Shown here: positions 56,029-64,000 of the stretch, piece by piece
Position numbering within the stretch: position 1 is the stretch's first letter
Layout of the letters: each line of letters begins with the position of its first letter
Assembly: GCF_006345805.1 (NCBI RefSeq)
Contig: NC_043013.1
Coordinates: forward strand, 53,320,001-53,384,000
Reading direction: 5' to 3'
Length of the DNA stretch: 64,000 nucleotides
Source of the DNA: Octopus sinensis
Lineage: Eukaryota
Notes under the pieces: generated by a model
The model's input: only the letters and a program-made list of their open reading frames with translations
Databases searched by the model: none
Told to the model about the DNA's origin: nothing
Translations under genes and position numbers: made by a program

Positions 56029-56035
<7 letters not shown>
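55249..56035. repeat. (TA)n-flanked segment with ~175-bp imperfect inverted repeats
   Basis: 55249-55425 is the reverse complement of 55859-56035 with scattered mismatches. Confidence 0.8.
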
Positions 56036-56123
<88 letters not shown>

Positions 56124-56124
<1 letters not shown>

Positions 56125-56528
56125 GAGGGGCGTTAAGAGAAGTTATCAAAATCAGCAAAGGCATCCTCCTTCTGCAGGACAACGCTCCGGTCCACAACTC
56201 GCTTGTCGCCAGATCAGAAGCATAGGCGTGCAGCTATGAACTCCTCCCCTTGCACCCTCTGATTTTCACCTCTTCCCAGCCATGAAGTTGATTTTGAAAG
56301 GGAAGCGTTTCCGAGATGATGCAGCCTTGATTTCTGAAGTCACGTCGTGGTTGGGGGTCCAAGCTGGAGTCTTCTACAAAAACGGTCTCCAGAGCTGTAT
56401 CAAACGATGGGAGAAATGCATAACTCTGGGTAGTTCCTATGTAGGAAAAGACAAATAACTGTCCCAAGTGTCGTTGCCCTACTGCTATCGGAAGTGGGTC
56501 AGGGGCATTACTTATTGAACGCCCCTCG
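56124..56528 (+). mobile_element. Internally deleted derivative of the adjacent mariner
   Basis: TA-cgaggggcgtt joined to the transposase 3' part (QDNAPVHNS), with an intact right TIR ...attgaacgcccctcg-TA. Confidence 0.85.
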
Positions 56529-56889
56529 TATATATATATATATATATATATATGTAATAAATTAAGGGTAGAAATTGATATTAGTCAATTAAAACCAGTG
56601 GCCTAGCATATTAAAAAGAATCCGAAGATTAAAATATTTGTGCTGAGTTTTATTTGAGAACATAATATTTGTGGAGAATGACGATTTGACGTCTATATCT
56701 AGCATGTTGACTGTCCGCTTTTCGTGTTCAGTCCTTAATTGGTATATATATATATTCTTTTCTATTCTAGGCAAAAGACCCGAAATTTTTGGAGAGTGAA
56801 GCCAACAAGGCCTTTCGCGACAACCTTAAAGCTAAGAAATTTTCAGTTATATATAGACACATACTTGTATGTATATGTGTATGTATATA

Positions 56890-58180
56890 CGAGGGACGTT
56901 CAATATGTAATGCCTCTGACCCACTTGCAGTTGTTTGATCTAGCTGAAATTTTGCATGTGCAATCATATATATCTCTACAGAGTAAGTGACAAATTACAG
57001 GTCTGAACTAATTGTGGTTTCTGATTTACAGGTGTTTGAACTGAGTCAAGTGTGAAATGGAGCCTGTTGAGTGTCGAGCAGTGATCCGGTTTTTGTATTT
57101 GAAAGAACGCACACCACGGGAGACTTTTGATGAAATGAAAGTAACTTATGGTGATGATGCCCCATCATATGACCTTGTAAAACGCTGGGATCGTGAATTC
57201 ATATATGGTCGGAACTCTGTGGAAACAGCTCCCAGATCTGGTCGCCCCCTTCTGCCATTGATGAGGCATCTGTCCGTCAAGTTGAGGCTGCCATTTTGGA
57301 AGATCGACGCATAATTATTCGCCAAATAGCCCATGAGGTCAAGATTAGTACCGAGTCTGTGGAAACTATCATTCATGACCATTTGCATATGCAAAAGGTG
57401 TCTGCCAGATGGATTCCCACGTTGCTCACGCCTTTCCAGAAGCAAATACACGTCGAGTGCTCGAGGATGAATTTGGAGATGTGCCAAGAAGATGAGTCAA
57501 AATTTTTCAAAAGACTGATTACACAGGACGAAACCTGGGTCCATCACGATGATCCAGAGACCAAAGCCCAGTTAATGCAGTGGAAGCACCGTGACTCACC
57601 CCCTCCAAAGAAGGCAAGGGTGCAGCCCTCCGCTGGCAAGGTCATGCTCACAGTCTTCTGGGACCAGGACGGAGTAGTGATGACAGATTTTCTGGCAAAA
57701 GGTACCACAATTGCAGGAGTCTCTTATGCTTCATTTTTGAGGAAATTAAGAGAAGTTATCAAAATCAAGAGGCGGGGCAAGATCAGCAAAGGCATCCTCC
57801 TCCTGCAGGACAACGCTCCGGTCCACAACTCGCTTGTCGCCAGATCAGAAGCACAGGCGTATGGCTATGAACTCCTCCCCCATCCACCCTACTTTCCTGA
57901 CATTGTACCCTCTGATTTTCACCTCTTCCCAGTCATGAAGTTGTTTTTGAAAGGGAAGCGTTTCCGAGATGATGCAGCCTTGATTTCTGAAGTCACGTTC
58001 AGGTTGGAGGACCAAGCTGGGGTCTTCTACAAAAACGGTCTCCAGAGCTGTATCAAACGATGATAGAAATGTGTAACTATGGGTGTTTCCTATGTAGAAA
58101 AGACTAATAACGGTGCCAAGTTTCGTTGCTCTACTGCTATGGGAAGTGGGTCAGGGGCATTACTTATTGAACGCCCCTCG
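56890..58180 (+). mobile_element. Full-length mariner (DD34D) transposon, about 1.29 kb
   Basis: TIRs cgagggacgttcaatatgtaatgcctctgacc / ggtcaggggcattacttattgaacgcccctcg with TA target duplications. Confidence 0.93.
57057..58105 (+). pseudogene. Mariner transposase (frameshift near 57250, premature stop at 58061-58063)
   Basis: RAVIRFL..PRSGRP; ARWIP; TQDETWV; LQDNAPVH; HPPYFPDIVPSDFHLF. Confidence 0.9.
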
Positions 58181-58566
58181 TATATTACATTACAATTCTG
58201 TTATAAGAATACTATATATGTTTATAGATGTTAGCAGCTACATCATAGCATCGCTCACTCGTGAGATATTGACAATTGTTCTGATGCTATAATTTCAATC
58301 TACAAACTTGCAATATCAGGAATTGGATTATGTTTCTTCTATGCAGCCTTACTGATAACACTTGAAACATTTTTTTAGTTGTTCTTTTAAATTTGGCACC
58401 TCTAATTTACGTGGGTGGCAGTACTATTACGAGAGGGATATAGCTAATAATAGAAGTACCTCATTGCTGACGATCACACATCTATACTTACCTACCTACC
58501 TACCTACCTACCTACCTGCCTACCCATCTACTTACATACATACACATACACTCATAAGTATAAATC

Positions 58567-59819
58567 CAGGGGCTGGACAAAATAATGGAAACACCTAGCA
58601 TCATAGCATCATAATTTTGAAATATCTATAAAGCCGTAAAAGCTTGTTTATTTTTATGTATTTTGATTTATTATTAATGTTGCTTAATACATTTTACTAA
58701 AATTGTTGGGTTTTTTTCAAATATCATCACAAAAAAGGTAATTAAAATTCATTAAAATGACAGATCCATCGGATTTTCAAACAGGTCAAATTGTTGGTGT
58801 TCGTATGGCAGGCGCTAGACTAACAAAAACAGCTGAAACGTTTGGGTTATCAAGAAGTACTGTCTCAAAAGTAATGACAACCTTTGAGAAAGAGGAAAAA
58901 CTTCCTCGTCGAAACAAAACTGCGGAAGAAAACCAAAATTTTCAGATAGGGACCGTCGGATGCTTATGCGAATTGTTAGAAAGGATCACAAAAGTGTAGC
59001 TCCTAAAATTACTGCAGAGCTTAATGACCACCTTGAGAACCAAGTTTCCACAAAAACTGTTCGCCGGGAGCTACACAAAGCCAGATTTCACGGGAGGGCT
59101 GCAATCAGAAAACCACTACTTTCAAAAACAAAAGTTGTAAAGCATCTAGATGGAATAAAAACCTACGGAATTGGTCCCTATAGCAGTGGAAGAATGTTAT
59201 TTTCTCAGACGAGTCAACCCGTACATTATTTCCGATCACCGGTCGAGTATACGTGTGGAGACAGCCAAAAGAAGCATTTGACCCAGACTGCATTCTTCCA
59301 ACTGTTAAACATGGAGGAGGATCTGTGATGATCTGGGGAGCTATATCTTGGAAATCCTCCGGCCCAATGGTTGCCCTTCATGGTAGAATTAATAGTCAAG
59401 ACTATTTAAGCATTTTATCTGATCAAATTTATCCTGTTTGCGGAACTGTTTCCGGAGGGAAGCGCAATCTTTTAGGATTATAATGCATCAATTCACACAG
59501 CTAAAGTTGTTACTGAATGGCATGAGGAAAATTCTAGTGAAGTTGAACATCTTATCTGGCCACCACAGTTCCCAGATCTCAATATTATTGAACATTTATG
59601 GTGCATTTTAGAAAAACAAGTAAGGGTCGATATCCTCCACCATTATCACTACAAGAACGGGAGACTGTTCTAGCTAAGAAATGGACAAAAATTCCCTTGG
59701 AAACAACTCAAACTTTGTACGAGTCCATACCTCATACAATTCAAGCTGTAATTACTGCCAAAATCAGTCTTACCCCATATTAAAATAAATTTGCTTCTAT
59801 TACTTTTTCCAACCCCCTG
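58567..59819 (+). mobile_element. Tc1-like (DD34E) transposon with a frameshifted transposase (about 58757-59783)
   Basis: GQIVGVR...SRSTVS, VSTKTVRRELH, RKPLLS, FSDES, TVKHGGGSVMIWG, WPPQFPDLNIIEHLW. Ends caggggctgga / tccaaccccctg. Confidence 0.88.
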
Positions 59820-59965
59820 TATATATGCGTTTATATGTTTCTATTTATCTAGCGACAAGATCATCAGCATCGTCGTCATCATCATCATCATTATTATTAA
59901 GATTATTATTGCACTTGTTATTGCTATGGCTGTTGTTGTTGTTGTTGCTGCTGCTGTTTCGACAA

Positions 59966-60185
59966 GGTGCTGGCAGAATCGTTAGTGTATCAGACAAAGT
60001 CCTTAGCGGTATTTAATACAGTTCTTTACTTTCTGACTTCAAATTATGCCGATGTCATCTTTGCCTTTCCTCTTTTTGGGGTTCGATACATTAAGTAACA
60101 TTTCAACACTGGGGGAGGGGGGTTCGATGTAATCAACTCCGCACCTCCACTACAAAACCTCAGGCTTTTACCTTTTGTAGAAAGG
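59966..60185 (+). mobile_element. Diverged Meta-domain SINE
   Basis: gctggcagaatcgttag...cttagcggtatt...ttcaaatt..gccga.gtc..ctttgcctttc...ggggttcgata.attaagta. Confidence 0.6.
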
Positions 60186-60289
60186 AATAGTTTTATTTAT
60201 TTCCCTCTTACAGCGTTGTTAACCAACACTGTATTTATCCTGACTAATGGCCCCTTCAGACGACACAGCAGTAATCTTCCTATCTTCAC

Positions 60290-60340
<51 letters not shown>

Positions 60341-61603
60341 TATCATCATCAAAATCTTCATCATCAACGAGGAAATAAGCAATAAGAAGAAAATATTGCT
60401 TGCAATTTTGTTATACTTCGGGATAGTCTTTCATTTTTGCCAAATAAACACACGCACTATTTATTCGTTCTTTACTTTAGCCATATTATTTTCTTATTTT
60501 GGAGCCTTGTCTGAAAGGATCTGTCTGAAAAGTTTTGTCACACATCCTGCGACCTCTTCAGCGACTCTCCATCCCTGTTGCAAAACAAATACATAAACGT
60601 AACAAGTGTTTGTAATGTTTAAACGAAGACATATTTATGTTGTTAGAATCAACGAACCTCATCTATTTTCATGACGTATTTCACAATTTAACCCATTTGT
60701 ACCGAAAGTTTTCTTGTGAATGAATTTACCTGAAAATACACAGATTCTATTATTTTGACCCAAATAACTGAAAAAAATTTCATTGAAATCCGTTTCATAC
60801 AGATTGCATACGTGTTAAGAACATGTTACATTCTTTGATACAGTTACAGACAAATCACAATTTTATCAAGTATTTGTTCTATACCCTTATACATTAAGGG
60901 TCAGTTTAGACGGGTTGGGTTAAGAGGAATCTCAACGACAACAAGGTGAGTAATAGCAACAATTTCAAGAAGTAATGACAGCGACAGCAATGAACACAAC
61001 AACAACAACACCAACAACACCACCAACGATAGCAATTATAATATCTACATCAATAATCACACCTATCTGTGACATTAACCCTTTGCCTGTTTAAATTTTG
61101 TTCATAAGTCTGTCCTTATCTGATGTTTCATAGGTACTGGTTAATATAATGCTTTCTTTCATAAGTCCCACGTTACTCTAGCAGTTGAAACAAACTGGGA
61201 ACGTGTATCATATATAATGTATAGAAGCCAGCGAGATATGTGTTGCGTTTCACGTGTGCAACACAGAACAAGCAAAGGGTTAACAAGCTGTAATTTAAAC
61301 AAGGTTTCTAGTCTCTCTGTGACACTATGAATTTATATTTAATAAGTTGATCGTAATGCCGTTTAGCATTTAATATATATGTGTCACGTGTTCTTCAATA
61401 CAGACGAAAAAACTATAAAGCTAAGCAGCGTTTTGTATTTACTATTTGAGTAATTAAATCAGTTCCCTCTGGTTTTAATTTTGTCGGATAATTAGAAACA
61501 AATATTTCGTTTAACGACTTGCTACACCATTAAACTCATGATTTCATATTTGTTGCATTTAAATGTACATACGTAGAGGAGTAAGTATGCATATATGTAT
61601 GTG

Positions 61604-61652
<49 letters not shown>

Positions 61653-61951
61653 CAGTAGTGTATTGAAGAATACGCAACAACCATAAGAACACTTGTTACA
61701 TATTACACACATGCACACACACGCGCACGCATATAATACAAGGAAATATGTGTGTATACGCGCGCTCACACGTATATGTGTGTCTGTGTGTGTGTGTGTG
61801 TGTGTGTATAAGACATAGATGATACAACAAAATAAAAAAGTATATATATATATATATATACACACAGATTTAATCATAAGCACATAAAACTATATTTCTG
61901 TGTATACATATGTACATATATGTATATGCATATATATATATATATATACAT

Positions 61952-62067
<116 letters not shown>

Positions 62068-62854
62068 TACATATACATAAATATACGTAAATATGCATAT
62101 CATTTATATATATATCTATATATATATATGCATACTTACATATATATCCATAAACATAATTATGTATACATACATTTATGTGTGTGTGTGCGCGCGCGTG
62201 AGTATATGTATGTTTGTTTGTGTTACGTTGTAGATACGATGAGACGTGCATGTATATGAGTGTATATGTACGTGAATATTCATTTATGTGCGTATATATG
62301 ATGTTTGCCTTCTAATTGCATGAGCTCTTAAAGATTTAATGAGAGTTTTAGTTTGAAAATAAAATTGAAGGAACATTGGTTAGCTTCAGTCTCATTAGTA
62401 AGAACGAAACTGTTTGCAATAGTTTTCATTAGAGGAGACTATAAAACCGCTAATGGCCCTGTTGTGTCTGAGTTTGAACCGAAACACAAAGGTAATCTGA
62501 AGCAAATTTTCACTCATTTCAACGTTAACCTTCATTTTTTGGAAAACTATTTAGAATTTAGGCAGGTAACCTACCTTGGAGTGCAACATGTGTCAAATTT
62601 AGGCGTAAAATATTATCACAAAATCAAATTGATTTTTCTTTCCATTCTTGTTTCTTCGACATAGAAGAAAAAAATTCACTTTTTTCCTGGAAAGCACACA
62701 TATGTTTATGTACACATACAGATGCGTGTGTATCATTACACACACACACAAACACACATATGTATGTGCGTGTGTGTGTGGTTGTATACAAATTGCGCCA
62801 CTAGATTCAGTATTTGTTACTGAACAAAACACATATTGCAATTAGAGGATAACA

Positions 62855-63048
62855 CTCAGATCCAGCAACAATCGCCAGGGCTTTCCCTCAGGAGATTGTT
62901 TTGGCCCCGCTCCCCCTTATATTCTATATAAAAGACATCCTAAGTGACATCAAACACGGGAAAATTAAGATATTCGCAGATGACTTCAAGTATGAAAAAA
63001 CTATGAATGGAGAAGACCGAAGTGAACTCCAGTCTGATCGATATGCTA
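62855..63048 (+). pseudogene. Short CR1-type RT fragment interrupted by (TA)n and the retrozyme array
   Basis: Resembles 17400-17590 (G.PQ..V.GPL..I.YI.D...IKIFADD...ELQSD.YA). Confidence 0.7.
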
Positions 63049-63240
63049 TGTATATATATATATATATATATATATAGTGACGTATATTTGCCATCTCAAT
63101 ATGGCTAACCCTAAGGGTGGATGCTACTGTAGTTTTTAGCCCCAGGAGGACACACTCCTCCAGCTGGCCATAGACACACTTTCTGTGTCCTGTCAGTATT
63201 TGCAAAGGGAAGTCATCCTTCCCGTCTTCAACTTATGATA

Positions 63241-63285
63241 CACACGGACTCGAGTTTCGAGGTATTGACCTCTCGTCAGCGTGTG
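63241..63285 (-). ncRNA. Type I hammerhead ribozyme, unit 1
   Basis: Minus strand: cacacg-CTGACGA-gaggt(caat)acctc-GAAAC-tcga-GTC-cgtgtg. All core bases present, stem I 6 bp, stem II 5 bp, palindromic stem III. Confidence 0.92.
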
Positions 63286-63592
63286 ACAATCATAGTTGTC
63301 GGCGAGAATTAGATTTCCTTCACAAATACTTATACTTTTTCCAGCGTCCACTGTCGCTGATATTGAAAAAGTGAAATCAAACAATGATAAATATCAAAGT
63401 GAGTTATATACAGTGGCGGTAACACATCGTGACGTATATTTGCCATCTCAATATGGCTACCCCTAAGGGTGGATGCTACTGTAGTTTTTAGCCCCAGGAG
63501 GACACACTCCTCCAGCTGGCCATAGACACACTTTCTGTGTCCTGTCAGTATTTGCAAAGGGAAGTCATCCTTCCCGTCTTCAACTTATGATA

Positions 63593-63637
63593 CACACGGA
63601 CTCGAGTTTCGAGGTATTGACCTCTCGTCAGCGTGTG
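63593..63637 (-). ncRNA. Type I hammerhead ribozyme, unit 2
   Basis: Same motif as unit 1. Confidence 0.92.
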
Positions 63638-63943
63638 ACATCATAGTTGTCGGCGAGAATTAGATTTCCTTCACAAATACTTATACTTTTTCCAGCGTCC
63701 ACTGTCGCTGATATTGAAAAAGTGAAATCAAACAATGATAAATATCAAAGTGAGTTATATACAGTAGCGGTAACACATCGTGACGTATATTTGCCATCTC
63801 AATATGGCTACCCCTAAGGGTGGATGCTACTGTAGTTTTTAGCCCCAGGAGGACACACTCCTCCAGCTGGCCATAGACACACTTTCTGTGTCCTGTCAGT
63901 ATTTGCAAAGGGAAGTCATCCTTCCCGTCTTCAACTTATGATA

Positions 63944-63988
63944 CACACGGACTCGAGTTTCGAGGTATTGACCTCTCGTCAGCGTGTG
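63944..63988 (-). ncRNA. Type I hammerhead ribozyme, unit 3
   Basis: Same motif as unit 1. Confidence 0.92.
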
Positions 63989-64000
63989 ACAATCATAGTT

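Larger units (their letters stand above)
63077..64000 (-). mobile_element. Tandem array of ~351-bp units, each with a hammerhead ribozyme (non-LTR retrozyme-like); runs off the window
   Basis: Units start at 63077, 63429 and 63780 and are nearly identical. Preceded by (TA)n. Confidence 0.9.

Noticed and set aside
62924-63908. Repeated 63-93 aa ORFs (MQILTGHRKC...) in the tandem array
   Set aside because: They have non-ATG starts and no recognisable domain, recur only because the DNA repeats, and show no obvious counterpart in the 48-kb relative.
63077-64000. CRISPR array or plain satellite interpretation
   Set aside because: There are no unique spacers or cas genes and the context is eukaryotic. 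The HHR in each unit is better explained by a retrozyme.

Overview
AT-rich, repeat-saturated eukaryotic (animal) genomic DNA. The SINE repertoire and microsatellite density suggest an octopus/cephalopod, which is my inference. I find no convincing host protein-coding exon, and most ORFs in the track are microsatellite translations (poly-IY, CV, N, L). Recognisable content: (i) R4/Dong-type RLE non-LTR retrotransposon pieces sitting in (TAA)n tracts (1-4.3 kb, 24.2 kb, 39.8 kb); (ii) a near-intact CR1-group LINE at about 13.5-18.5 kb, whose ORF1 has a Myb/SANT-like N-terminus and CCCH fingers and whose ORF2 (APE+RT) is broken by one in-frame stop; (iii) an RTE 3' fragment; (iv) mariner and Tc1 DNA transposons and derivatives; (v) many tRNA-derived SINEs. 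The most notable signal is non-coding: several distinct short repeat families carry type I hammerhead ribozyme (HHR) motifs and mostly sit in (TA)n tracts. They include a near-identical ~351-bp tandem array with an intact HHR per unit (63.1-64 kb, retrozyme-like), a diverged ~361-bp relative with compensatory changes in its hairpins (48.2-48.8 kb), a ~562-bp HHR repeat (50.2-51.2 kb), inverted HHR pairs (26.8-28.0 kb) and a tRNA-headed SINE ending in a mutated HHR (21.7-22.1 kb). All calls are by eye and coordinates of degraded elements are approximate.
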